The notes: generated by a model from the letters alone, not told the origin. A stretch of 32,000 nucleotides of DNA from Mycolicibacterium smegmatis (GCF_001457595.1 NZ_LN831039.1:3570001-3602000); one strand, 5' to 3'. Counted from the stretch's first letter, positions 1-9,364 are shown. Numbers and translations are program-made.

Positions 1-2
1 AC

Positions 3-296
3 ACCGTGGTAATGCACGTGGTGATGATCCCCGAGGATCTCGCCGTCCTACGCGTGCAGCACCGGGTACGAGCCGGTGGTCACCATGTGCCCGAGGAGAA
101 GATCCGCGAACGGCACCAACGACTCTGGCCCCTCGTCGCGCTGGCGGCCGCCCGCGCCGACATCTCGACGTTCTATGACAACAGCGCCGTCAGGGGTCCG
201 CGCATCGTTGCCCAACTCGCCGGCGGATTTGCTGTGGGCCGGCCCGCCTGGCCAATGTGGGCACCCCAGGTGCTCACCTCGCGGTGGCCCGAATAG
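3..296 (+). CDS. Zeta-toxin-family / AAA-family ATPase-like protein, C-terminal fragment (5' end outside window)
   Basis: Frame open from window edge to TAG at 294-296; peptide VPEEKIRERHQRLWPLVALAAARADISTFYDNSAVRGPRIVAQLAGG resembles the C-terminal part of actinobacterial zeta-toxin-like kinases (recognition by memory). Confidence 0.68.
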   Translation, partial: TVVMHVVMIPEDLAVLRVQHRVRAGGHHVPEEKIRERHQRLWPLVALAAARADISTFYDNSAVRGPRIVAQLAGGFAVGRPAWPMWAPQVLTSRWPE

Positions 297-307
297 ATTG
301 TCGCGGT

Positions 308-1660
308 TCAGACTTCGACGGCCGCGGCAGGTCGCAGGCGGGCGATGATCCCGTCGAGATCCCGGATGAACATCTCGGGCCGGAAGATGTGCCCCCCGGG
401 TACCTCATGGGCCTCGTGCGGAATGCCCGCGGCCCTGAGGCGCTCACGGAATTCACGCTGACCGGCGAGCACCTGGGTCTCGTTGACGCTGTCAAACCAG
501 TTGAGCGGATCCGGACTGGTCCCGGCCACGAGGAACACGCGCTTGTTCCGGTAGCTCTCGATTCGTTCCACCGGATTGTCCGCGCTCACCCGCGCCTGGT
601 CCCACAGCGGAGCGCCGTAGACGGTACCGCCACCGAGATCCAGCACCGCCGAGGTCAGATTCGCCCAGTGGACCACCAAACCGAAATCGCGCCGCAGGCT
701 CGCCGGCCCGGAATGGCTGCTCACCGAAGCGAAATGGCCGTAGTACTTGGCGGCGTACTTCAGCGCGCCGAACCCGCCCATCGAGAACCCGGCGACCGCG
801 CGTCCGTCGTACTCGGCATACGTACGGAAGTTCGCCTCGACCCATGGCAGCAACTGCGCGATGTGGAAGGTCTCCCAGTTTCGCGGCCCGACAAAGGATG
901 CCACCGGATTGGAGTACCAACCGGCATGCCCGCCGTCCGGCATCACCACGATGATGGGTTTGCCCGCGGTCCAGTTCCTGATGCCGAGGAAGTCGAACGT
1001 GCGGAAGTCCTGGTCCCCACCTCCGTGAAGCAGATACAGCACGGGGTAGGTCTTACCGCTGGTGCGATAGTCGTCCGGCAGCAACACGTTGATGCCGGGG
1101 TTCCAGCCGACCGCCGCGGTCTGGAAGCGGTAGTACCACAGGCGAGGATCGCTCTCGTTGCGGTCGACGATGCGCAGGCCGAAGCCGTCACTTCGCCCGG
1201 CAAATATCAACAGCACCCGGCCGACCTCTATGACGTTGGGGTTCGGTATGCCGTTGACCGCGGCGATCAACGGATAGAACGCCGAATCTCCATAGAACCG
1301 TGTGGCGAGCGCCGACAGCGTGTCCCCGGCGACCACGGGGTATCGCGTGATGTCCGGGATGACCAGTCGCTGTCCGGCCTCGGCATCTGTGGTCGGCGCG
1401 ATACCGCTCGCAGCGGCGATCAGCGGCGCCAGGGCGGCATCGGCGTAGAACCGCGCGGCCACATCCGACAACGTCTCCCCAGGGACCACCGTGTGCCGCA
1501 CGAAGTCGGGAAAGATGAGCCTCTGGCCCACCGCGATGACGCCGGGATCCGGAATGCCGCTGGCTGTCGCGATCAGCGGATACAGATCGGCTTCGCCGTA
1601 GAACCGCAACGCCAAGCCGGACAACGTCTCCCCCGCGGCTACCGTATGCGTCCTGACCAT
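308..1660 (-). CDS. Three tandem LysM domains fused to an alpha/beta-hydrolase esterase (esterase D / mycolyltransferase-like)
   Basis: MVRTHTVAAGETLSGLALRFYG..., HTVVPGETLSDVAARFYA..., YPVVAGDTLSALATRFYG... at a 51-aa period; hydrolase with nucleophile motif GFSMGG; strong RBS (GAGGAGGGGACGT-ATG) supports start at 1660 rather than 1693. Confidence 0.88.
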   Translation of the reverse strand: MVRTHTVAAGETLSGLALRFYGEADLYPLIATASGIPDPGVIAVGQRLIFPDFVRHTVVPGETLSDVAARFYADAALAPLIAAASGIAPTTDAEAGQRLVIPDITRYPVVAGDTLSALATRFYGDSAFYPLIAAVNGIPNPNVIEVGRVLLIFAGRSDGFGLRIVDRNESDPRLWYYRFQTAAVGWNPGINVLLPDDYRTSGKTYPVLYLLHGGGDQDFRTFDFLGIRNWTAGKPIIVVMPDGGHAGWYSNPVASFVGPRNWETFHIAQLLPWVEANFRTYAEYDGRAVAGFSMGGFGALKYAAKYYGHFASVSSHSGPASLRRDFGLVVHWANLTSAVLDLGGGTVYGAPLWDQARVSADNPVERIESYRNKRVFLVAGTSPDPLNWFDSVNETQVLAGQREFRERLRAAGIPHEAHEVPGGHIFRPEMFIRDLDGIIARLRPAAAVEV

Positions 1661-1994
1661 ACGTCCCCTCCTCAGATGTCGAATTGACGACACTGCCGAT
1701 TCGTCTGGCGCCCACGAGTCTAGGCATGGGGGAAGGAGAATCGTCCGCGTTCCAAAGCATTGCCGGACTCGTTGGGCGGTCCTGGCGGGCGCAGGGCGTC
1801 GATCGACCGTGAAACCGACACCGTCCTCCCGATGCCGGGCCGGTGCCGTCGCCTCGGATTCAGCAAACCGCAGCCGGCTGATCGGCAGTTGAGCCCAAAA
1901 AATGCTTTTGGTTTGAACCGCAGCCGAAACGGTAATTCTGTTGGCGTCAATTTATCCAACAACTGGATGACCACAAGTCAGAACGGATTCAGCA

Positions 1995-2150
1995 ATGATT
2001 GTCCTCGGCATCATCCTTCTCTTGATCGGCTACTTCACGAGCCTTTCGATCCTGTACACCATCGGCGGCATCCTGGTCGTCGTGGGCGTCATCCTGTGGA
2101 TCCTCGGCGCCGTCGGTCGCCCCGTGGGCGGACGAAAAGTCTGGTTCTGA
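1995..2150 (+). CDS. 51-aa small membrane protein (DUF6131-like), absent from supplied ORF track
   Basis: ATG-initiated reading frame [51 protein letters not shown]; two hydrophobic segments then GRPVGGRxxW tail typical of small conserved actinobacterial membrane proteins. Confidence 0.8.
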   Translation: MIVLGIILLLIGYFTSLSILYTIGGILVVVGVILWILGAVGRPVGGRKVWF

Positions 2151-2285
2151 CCTGAGCACGCAGCGCCGCGCACACGCGGCGCTGCGTGCCCCATCAGGGC
2201 CTACCCGCCGTGTCCTCGTTGTTGCGGCGGGCCACCGGTTCTTCGGACTAGCCTGGAAACACGACTGGCAGACAGCCAGGTTCAG

Positions 2286-2310
2286 CGGCGAAAGGACGGC
2301 GAAAGGACGG
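2286..2310 (+). repeat. Two tandem copies of CGGCGAAAGGA followed by CGG, in the leader of sdaA
   Basis: Direct reading: CGGCGAAAGGA (2286-2296) CGGCGAAAGGA (2297-2307) CGG. Confidence 0.85.
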
Positions 2311-2355
2311 AGTGCCGGAAATGTTGTGTCTTGGCCTAGTGAGGTCCGGCGTCCG

Positions 2356-3744
2356 ATGACCGTCAGCGTGTTCGATCTGTTCAGCGTCGGTATCGGTCCC
2401 TCGAGTTCGCACACCGTGGGCCCCATGCGAGCGGCCGCGCGGTTTGCCGACGAGCTCGACGCCATCGGTGCGCTCAATGCGGTCGCAACCATCGACGTCG
2501 ACCTCTATGGATCGCTGGCCGCGACCGGCGCGGGCCACGGGACCATGTCGGCAATTCTCTTGGGTCTGGAGGGTTCTCGGCCCGAGACGATCGAATCAGA
2601 ATCCAAGGACCGGCGCATCGAGCAAATACGCGCCGAAGGCCGCATCCGCGTCGGTGGACGTGTCGAGATCACGCTTTCCGAGAACGACATCCGGTTACAT
2701 CCCGAGACTGTCCTGCCCACGCACTCCAACGGTATGCGGTTGTCCGCGGCCGGATCCGACGGGCGCCCGCTACATGCGCAGACATACTTCTCGGTCGGCG
2801 GAGGTTTCATCGTCGCCGAAGGTGCCGACGAACTCGGGCAAAGTCACGGATCGGAAGACGGCGACGTCACGTTCAGCTCCGCTGCCGAATTGCTGGCCCT
2901 CGCCGACAAATTCGACTCCCCCATCAGCTCGGTCATGCTCGCGTTCGAAACCGAGACCAGAAGCGAGGATGAGGTCAGGGCGCGTCTGCTGCACATCCGC
3001 GACGTGATGTTCGAATGCATGGAGCGCGGGATCACCCGCGACGGCTTCCTCCCCGGCACGTTGAGGGTGCGCCGGCGTGCCCGCGACTGGTACCAACGCC
3101 TACTCACCGACGATCCCGGCCGGGACCCCGTCTACGCCGAAGACTGGGTCAACCTTGTCGCGCTTGCAGTCAACGAGGAGAACGCGTCCGGCGGCCGCAT
3201 CGTCACCGCTCCCACCAACGGCGCCGCCGGCATCATCCCGGCAGTCCTCTACTACGCACTGCACTACACACCCCAGGGCGCGGCGGACCCCGACGACGCG
3301 AGCGTCCGATTCCTCCTGACCGCTGGGGCGATCGGCTCGTTGTACAAAGAACGCGCCTCGATCTCGGGCGCGGAGGTCGGATGTCAGGGAGAGGTCGGTT
3401 CTGCGGCCTCCATGGCCGCTGCCGGGCTCGCCGAAATCCTCGGAGGCACGCCCGCGCAGGTCGAGAACGCCGCCGAGATCGCCATGGAACACAGCCTGGG
3501 ACTGACCTGCGACCCGATCGGGGGTCTGGTGCAGATCCCGTGCATAGAACGCAACGCCATCTCGGCGGGAAAGGCGATCAACGCAGCGCGAATGGCGTTG
3601 CGCGGCGACGGAACTCACCGCGTGAGCCTCGACCAGGTGATCGAGACGATGCGCAGCACCGGGCGTGACATGAGTGCCAAGTACAAGGAGACATCGACCG
3701 GTGGACTGGCGACGGCCGTGCCGGTGAACGTCGTGGAGTGCTGA
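2356..3744 (+). CDS. sdaA: L-serine ammonia-lyase (single-chain, iron-sulfur type)
   Basis: [27 protein letters not shown]..., [20 protein letters not shown]..., full-length; start chosen at MTVSVFD. Confidence 0.95.
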   Translation: MTVSVFDLFSVGIGPSSSHTVGPMRAAARFADELDAIGALNAVATIDVDLYGSLAATGAGHGTMSAILLGLEGSRPETIESESKDRRIEQIRAEGRIRVGGRVEITLSENDIRLHPETVLPTHSNGMRLSAAGSDGRPLHAQTYFSVGGGFIVAEGADELGQSHGSEDGDVTFSSAAELLALADKFDSPISSVMLAFETETRSEDEVRARLLHIRDVMFECMERGITRDGFLPGTLRVRRRARDWYQRLLTDDPGRDPVYAEDWVNLVALAVNEENASGGRIVTAPTNGAAGIIPAVLYYALHYTPQGAADPDDASVRFLLTAGAIGSLYKERASISGAEVGCQGEVGSAASMAAAGLAEILGGTPAQVENAAEIAMEHSLGLTCDPIGGLVQIPCIERNAISAGKAINAARMALRGDGTHRVSLDQVIETMRSTGRDMSAKYKETSTGGLATAVPVNVVEC

Positions 3745-3777
3745 GCACCCGCGACCGCGAACCCGGCCGGCGCGGGC

Positions 3778-4338
3778 CTACGGGACCGGCGGCGCCGCTG
3801 GGGCCGGCGAGTTGTACTCGTAGCCCGGTGGCGGCGGACCGTCGAGCGGGTAGTAGCCGGGCGGCAGCGGCGGACCGCCTGCATCACCCGCCGGGTCTTC
3901 GGTCACCGGCGTCTCGGAGCCCGGAGCGTTGATCGAGACGTACCCGGGCGGCAGCGGCGGAGGTGCACCCGCGCCGGGCGGCGGCGCGACACCGCCGGTG
4001 GGAGCCAACTGCATGCCTCCGGGATCGCGGGCCTGGTGCCACAGGTCCCGGAGCGAGCCCAACGGGCCTGAGCCGGACTGACCCGACCCGTACATCGGGT
4101 TCGCCATCTCGGGCACCGGCGGAGGACCGACCGGCGGCGGCGCGGGCGGAAGCGCGGAGCCCTCGGCAGGCTCGACGATCGGCTGACCGGGAGCAGCGAC
4201 GGCAGGACCCGGCGGAGCAGGATCCGGCACCGGATCGGCCGCGGCAGGTGCCGCCATGACGAGACCGACCACGGACAACCCGGCAATCGCCAGTGGTGCC
4301 ACGCCGCGGGACCGCCCGCGACCACGCCTTACGGTCAT
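3778..4338 (-). CDS. Secreted proline-rich protein of unknown function
   Basis: N-terminal signal peptide-like MTVRRGRGRSRGVAPLAIAGLSVVGLVMAAPAAADP followed by Pro/Gly-rich low complexity (PPLPPGY repeats). Confidence 0.75.
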   Translation of the reverse strand: MTVRRGRGRSRGVAPLAIAGLSVVGLVMAAPAAADPVPDPAPPGPAVAAPGQPIVEPAEGSALPPAPPPVGPPPVPEMANPMYGSGQSGSGPLGSLRDLWHQARDPGGMQLAPTGGVAPPPGAGAPPPLPPGYVSINAPGSETPVTEDPAGDAGGPPLPPGYYPLDGPPPPGYEYNSPAPAAPPVP

Positions 4339-4497
4339 GTATCCGGCCGTCCTTTCTGCCGTCAGTGTCGGGGCCTACCGCAACTTTCGCGGCTGGGCAC
4401 CTGGGCATCGTCGCACATTCGGTTCACCCGCGCCCACAGGTCAGGTTGTGTTGCGTCGGCACAGCGGCCCCTCAGACAGTCGTGAGAGCCTGAATAC

Positions 4498-5304
4498 GTG
4501 CGCCTCAGACAAGCGACCATCTTCTGTGCCGCCCTGCTGTCGCTGTCCACACTGGCCGCAGGGTGCACATCGGAACCGACGCCAGACCCGAGCCCCCTCC
4601 GGCACATCACCGAATCGAAGACCCTGAGAGTCTGCAGCACCGGCGACTACCGCCCGTTCACCTTCCGTGACCCGCAGGGAGCCTGGAGCGGGATGGACAT
4701 CGACCTCGCCGACGATATGGCACGTCGCCTCGGCGTCGAGGTCGACATGGTGCAGACGACGTGGGCCAACCTGGTCGGCGACCTCAACGACCGGTGCGAC
4801 ATCGCGATGGGCGGCATCAGCATCACGCTGAAACGCGCGCAGGAGGCGGTGTACTCGGCGCCGTACCTGCGCGACGGCAAAGCCGCCATCGTGCGCTGTG
4901 CCGACGCGTCACGATTCCGTTCGCTGCAGGACATCGATCGTCCGGGTACACGCGTCGTCGTCAATCCCGGTGGCACCAACGAGGAGTTCGCGAAAGGCAA
5001 CCTCAAACAGGCCACGATCATCGACCATCCCGACAACAACACCATTTTCGGCGAGATCAGCGCCGGACACGCGGACGCGATGATCACCGACGCCAGCGAG
5101 ATACGGTTCCAGACCGCGCAGGACCGCACGCTGTGTGGTGTGTCCACCGATCGACCGTTCACGTTCGAGCAGAAGGCGTACCTTCTGCCGGCCGCGGCGA
5201 TTGATACCGCCCGGTGGGTCGACGAGTGGCTCAACATCGTCCAGCACGACGGCACCTACGACCGGATCAGCCAGAAGTGGCTGGGCCGCGTCGTCGGGCC
5301 GTGA
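4498..5304 (+). CDS. Transporter substrate-binding lipoprotein (amino-acid/PheC-like periplasmic-binding fold)
   Basis: GTG start; lipobox LAAGC; CSTGDYRPFTFRDPQGAWSGMDIDLADDMARRLGVEVDMVQTTWANLVGDL... characteristic of SBP family 3. Confidence 0.88.
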   Translation: MRLRQATIFCAALLSLSTLAAGCTSEPTPDPSPLRHITESKTLRVCSTGDYRPFTFRDPQGAWSGMDIDLADDMARRLGVEVDMVQTTWANLVGDLNDRCDIAMGGISITLKRAQEAVYSAPYLRDGKAAIVRCADASRFRSLQDIDRPGTRVVVNPGGTNEEFAKGNLKQATIIDHPDNNTIFGEISAGHADAMITDASEIRFQTAQDRTLCGVSTDRPFTFEQKAYLLPAAAIDTARWVDEWLNIVQHDGTYDRISQKWLGRVVGP

Positions 5305-5385
5305 TACGCGAACGCGTTTGTCCGAGCGTCGCTGGGGATATTCTGCCGATCGCACGGTAGATCGGTGCGAGAAGGAGTGGCGGTC

Positions 5386-5544
5386 ATGGCGAAGGATTCG
5401 AAAGACGACGCGGCAACGGGCGCGGGCGACAAGACCGACCCCGCCGACAATCCCCCGCCGGGACCCACCGATCACGGCCGCGAAGGTGGCATGGCCACCC
5501 GCGAGGTGACTCCTGAGCTCGTCGAATCCGACGACGAGGACTGA
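5386..5544 (+). CDS. Hypothetical 52-aa acidic protein (absent from ORF track)
   Basis: GAAGGAGTGGCGGTC-ATG RBS/start; MAKDSKDDAATGAGDKTDPADNPPPGPTDHGREGGMATREVTPELVESDDED*. Confidence 0.55.
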   Translation: MAKDSKDDAATGAGDKTDPADNPPPGPTDHGREGGMATREVTPELVESDDED

Positions 5545-5565
5545 CCACCGCGACGACGGGCCGTG

Positions 5566-7065
5566 TCAGCCGCCGATCAGATCGGCTGCACGCTCGGCGA
5601 TGCCGTAAACCGTTGCCATCGGGTTGTTCGACGGCAGGGACGGCATGACGGACGCATCCGCCACACGCAGACCCGCGAGACCGTGCACGCGCAGTGCCGT
5701 GTCGACCACCGACTCGTCCGAGTCTCCCATGGCGCACGTGCCTGACGAGTGGTAGTACGAGCTGAGGGAGTCGCAGATGAATCGTCGCAACGATTCATCG
5801 TCTGCCACCGCGGGTCCCGGGGCGAGTTCGCCACCGCACCACGGCGCCATCGCGGCCGCGGCGCCGATTTCGCGAGCGATGCGGAAGCCCTCGAGCATCG
5901 TCTTCCAGTCACGCTCGTCAATGAGGTAGTTCGGATCGACCAACGGCGCGGCGTTGACCGTCGGTCCCGTGAGCCGAACCCGCCCGCGACTGTGCGGTTG
6001 CATCGCGGAGACGCCGAAGAGATACGCGTTGGGAATGTCCAGTCCGGTCACCTCGGTCGAATCGACCATCAGGATCTGCAGATCCGGTGCGCCCGCAGAC
6101 GCCGTGCGGATCAGGCCCATCACCTCACCGTGGTTGTGCTCCGGCGTCGGAATCGGCTGCGCCGCAGTGTATATGACACCGCTGAGCGGATGGTCCTGGA
6201 AGTTTGCGCCGACCCCGGGCAGGTGATGGACGACGTCGACGCCCACGTCGCGAAGGTGCGCCTCTGGGCCCACACCGGACACCATCAAAAGCTGCGCGGA
6301 ACCGATCGCGCCGGCCGCCAGCACAATCTCGCCAACCGACCGCACACAGGTTGATGATGGACTCGAGCTGCGGTGGAACTCCACTCCGGTGCAGCGGCCC
6401 TCGGAGATCACGAGCCGGTGCACGACGGCGTCGGAGATCACGTCGAGATTGGGGCGGTCCATCGCCGGCACCAGATACGCGTCTGCGGCGGTCTGGCGCC
6501 TGCGTCCGTCGATGGTCAGATCCGCCGCACCGAAACCGGTTTCGTCGCCGCTGCTGATGTCTTCTGCTGCGGCATAGCCGCATTCGACCGCTGCATCGAG
6601 CGCCGCGGCCAGCAGTGGGTTGACCGGCGAGGCGGGACCGACGCGCAACGGGCCGTTCTTGCCTCGCAGTGCCGGGTTACCGCCACGAGAGGCCTCACTG
6701 CGCATGAAGTACGGCAGCAGGTCGTCGAACCGCCAACCCTCGGGCCAGTCGTCGTAGCTCTCGCGGTGACCCCGCGCGAACATCATCGCGTTGATCGCGG
6801 AGGACCCGCCGAACCCGCGCCCTCGGGCGACATGTATCGCGCGCCCCAGGGTGTCCTGGACCGCGGTGGGGCCGCCCCAGTCCGCCGAACTCCCGAGCAG
6901 GGTCTGCCACTGCGGCGGCGCCGCGCTCGCAGGCGGTAGCGTCGCGCTTCCGGCCTCGATGAGCAACACCCGGACGTCCTCCTGTGCGCTGAGACGGGCC
7001 GCGAGAACACATCCCGCGGTGCCGGCGCCCACGATGACGAAGTCGTAACCCGGTTCCGATGCCAT
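5566..7065 (-). CDS. GMC-family oxidoreductase (choline dehydrogenase-like)
   Basis: YDFVIVGAGTAGCVLAARLS FAD motif; GFGGSSAINAMMFARGH; C-terminal SSYYHSSGTCAMG and N-P-M-A-T-VYGIAERAA; RBS GGAG before ATG at 7065. Confidence 0.93.
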   Translation of the reverse strand: MASEPGYDFVIVGAGTAGCVLAARLSAQEDVRVLLIEAGSATLPPASAAPPQWQTLLGSSADWGGPTAVQDTLGRAIHVARGRGFGGSSAINAMMFARGHRESYDDWPEGWRFDDLLPYFMRSEASRGGNPALRGKNGPLRVGPASPVNPLLAAALDAAVECGYAAAEDISSGDETGFGAADLTIDGRRRQTAADAYLVPAMDRPNLDVISDAVVHRLVISEGRCTGVEFHRSSSPSSTCVRSVGEIVLAAGAIGSAQLLMVSGVGPEAHLRDVGVDVVHHLPGVGANFQDHPLSGVIYTAAQPIPTPEHNHGEVMGLIRTASAGAPDLQILMVDSTEVTGLDIPNAYLFGVSAMQPHSRGRVRLTGPTVNAAPLVDPNYLIDERDWKTMLEGFRIAREIGAAAAMAPWCGGELAPGPAVADDESLRRFICDSLSSYYHSSGTCAMGDSDESVVDTALRVHGLAGLRVADASVMPSLPSNNPMATVYGIAERAADLIGG

Positions 7066-7083
7066 ATTTTCTCCTGTTTTCGC

Positions 7084-7105
7084 TGATAACGTCAATCCGT
7101 TATCA
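7084..7105. promoter_or_regulatory. Perfect 8-bp-arm inverted repeat in the divergent intergenic region (probable operator)
   Basis: TGATAACG TCAATC CGTTATCA; arms are exact reverse complements. Confidence 0.75.
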
Positions 7106-7170
7106 TTGGAAACGTCGCGCGGGCGTTAAGCATTCCGTCGGACATTCCAGAACCTCCCGAAAGGTCTGAC

Positions 7171-8184
7171 ATGCAGATCTCGTGTGCATTCGCCACCGCG
7201 TCGGACACCCCGAACCACGTCGCACTTGCCGAATCCCTCGGATACCGGCGCGCGTGGCTGTACGACTCGCCCGCCGTCATCACGGACGTCTGGATGACGT
7301 TGGCTCGGTGCGCCGAACGCACCACGCGCATCGGACTCGGCCCCGGCGTCCTGGTACCGAGCCTGCGCCACCCGATGGTGAACGCGTCTGCCATCGCTGA
7401 ACTTGCCACCCTGGCACCGGGTCGGGTGGCGGTCGCCGTCGGAACGGGATTCACGGGGCGGCTTGCGCTGGGCCATCGACCCATCCGATGGAGCGACGTG
7501 GCCGACTACGTTCGATGCTTGAAGACGCTTCTCGCCGGGGAGACCGCCGAGTGGGAGGGTGCGAGGATCCGCATGCTTCAACTGCCCGGATTCGGTGCGC
7601 CTCGCCCGCTCCGAGTGCCTCTTCTGATCGCGGCCGACGGGTCACGGGGACGGGCCGTCGCCACCGAACTCGCCGACGGCGTGTTCTCGGTCCTGCCTCC
7701 CCGGCCGACCGGGCCTGGCGTCCCGAATCGACGCTCCCAGTTGGTGTTCGGCACCGTGCTCTCCGACGGAGAAGATCTGGCCTCTTCGCGCGTGGTGGAA
7801 ACGCTTGCGTCGTCGGCGGTGTTGCACTATCACAGGGTCTATCTCCTCGGAGGCTCCGCGGCAGTTGACGAGCTTCCGGGCGGACGCAGCTGGCGCAAGG
7901 CCGTAGAGAGCTACCCCGCCGACGAGCGTCACCTTGCCATACACCTCGTACAACCCGATCGACGCCATCGGCCGCACCTCGACAGCCTCATCCGGCCCGG
8001 CATGCTCGTCGGTACCGGGGCGCACGTGGCGAAGCTGATCGCGCGCTACCGTGCGGCCGGTGTCACCGAAATCGTCTACCAGCCCGCCGGTCCCGACATC
8101 GAGCGAGAGCTCCATGCATTCGCCGACGCCGCGGGACTGACCATCGGCCGAAGACACACCGTGTGTCCACTGGCCAGCACGTAG
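7171..8184 (+). CDS. LLM-class flavin/F420-dependent oxidoreductase
   Basis: AESLGYRRAWLYDSP..., RTTRIGLGPGVLVPSLRHPMVNASAIAELATLAPGRVAVAVGTGF..., GVTEIVYQPAGPDIERELHAFADAA. Confidence 0.9.
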   Translation: MQISCAFATASDTPNHVALAESLGYRRAWLYDSPAVITDVWMTLARCAERTTRIGLGPGVLVPSLRHPMVNASAIAELATLAPGRVAVAVGTGFTGRLALGHRPIRWSDVADYVRCLKTLLAGETAEWEGARIRMLQLPGFGAPRPLRVPLLIAADGSRGRAVATELADGVFSVLPPRPTGPGVPNRRSQLVFGTVLSDGEDLASSRVVETLASSAVLHYHRVYLLGGSAAVDELPGGRSWRKAVESYPADERHLAIHLVQPDRRHRPHLDSLIRPGMLVGTGAHVAKLIARYRAAGVTEIVYQPAGPDIERELHAFADAAGLTIGRRHTVCPLAST

Positions 8185-8715
8185 CCAGGATGAAGGCCGA
8201 CACCACCGACGATTGGTGGCTGTCCCCGGCGACATGGGGACCACATTCCGGCAACGTTTCCCGGTGTGAACATCATTCAATATGCCTTGCAACGGAATAC
8301 GTCGCTACTTTTCTCTGCAGGCGCGCTCTCCACCCGCCGGATGATCACGCATGCCGGGCTGCGATTTCCCATGTTCGTGTTGCCGCTTCCGTCCCGGAGG
8401 CCACGTTCCCGCGGCCGTTGGGCGGTCCGCAGGCGCTGCCCGCGCAAATCGGTCGACAAACGCTGACCATGTGTGACGTGATTGCCATGGCAGTGCTGGT
8501 CTCAGCGGCAGTGACACTGTCGGTGGCCAAGTACTGGCTCAGTCGGCGCATCGTCGTCCATTGAGCTCTGTCGCCGCCCGGATCAACTGTGAAATGCCTT
8601 GCTGTTCACGGCGGAGACGCCTATCCGGGATTAACACAACACATCTCGGCATTGTTATCAACGAGGGTTTTCACATGCCGTGATGCTGGTTGTGGACAGG
8701 GAATCGAAGGCTGAG

Positions 8716-9360
8716 ATGCGCGTTGTCGTGGCAGAAGACGAAATCATCCTGCGCGAAGGGCTGTGCAGCCTGCTCGCACAAGAGGGGTTCGACGTGGTGG
8801 CACAGGCTGACACCGCTGACGGGTTGCTCGCCGCGGTGCGCGACAAGAACCCGGATCTCGCCCTGGTCGACATCAGGATGCCGCCACGGCACAGTACAGA
8901 AGGGATCGACGCGGCCAAGATCATCCAACAGGAGTTCCCGCGTACGGCGATCTTGGTGCTGTCCGCTCACATTGACGCCCAACACGCCAAAGAGCTTCTG
9001 CGCAGCGGGCGTCCGGTAGGCTACCTGCTCAAGAGCCGGGTCGCGAGCAAGAGTGTGTTGCTCGACGCAATCCGCCGAGTGGCCGACGGCGAATCGGTCC
9101 TCGATTCCACCTTTGTGCAGGAACTGGTCTCGGGAGCACGTCACAACGATCCGCTGGACACCCTGACCCGACGCGAGCACGAGGTTCTCATGCTGATGGC
9201 CGAAGGGCTCTCCAATGCCGGCATCGCGCGACGTCTCGTCGTGGCCGAGACCACGGTCGAAAAACATATCGGGAACATCCTGGCGAAGCTGAACCTTATC
9301 GACGGCGAGGACACCCATCGTCGCGTGGCCGCTGTGCTCCGGTATCTGGAAGCCCGATAG
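8716..9360 (+). CDS. NarL/FixJ-family LuxR-type DNA-binding response regulator
   Basis: MRVVVAEDEIILREGLCSLLAQEGFDVVAQA receiver domain with LVDIRMPP; LTRREHEVLMLMAEGLSNAGIARRLVVAETTVEKHIGNILAKL HTH. Confidence 0.94.
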   Translation: MRVVVAEDEIILREGLCSLLAQEGFDVVAQADTADGLLAAVRDKNPDLALVDIRMPPRHSTEGIDAAKIIQQEFPRTAILVLSAHIDAQHAKELLRSGRPVGYLLKSRVASKSVLLDAIRRVADGESVLDSTFVQELVSGARHNDPLDTLTRREHEVLMLMAEGLSNAGIARRLVVAETTVEKHIGNILAKLNLIDGEDTHRRVAAVLRYLEAR

Positions 9361-9364
9361 TTCT

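Noticed and set aside
257-1687. 476-aa plus-strand ORF opposite the LysM-esterase
   Set aside because: Antisense shadow of a well-supported gene; its apparent internal repeats simply mirror the LysM repeats.
2150-2356. Glycine riboswitch upstream of sdaA
   Set aside because: The characteristic paired aptamer motifs of gcvT-type riboswitches are not recognisable; only a tandem 11-mer and weak complementarities are seen.
8163-8564. 133-aa plus-strand ORF after the LLM oxidoreductase gene
   Set aside because: Overlaps the LLM 3' end, no RBS evident and no recognisable protein features; only its last 31 codons were kept as a weak note.
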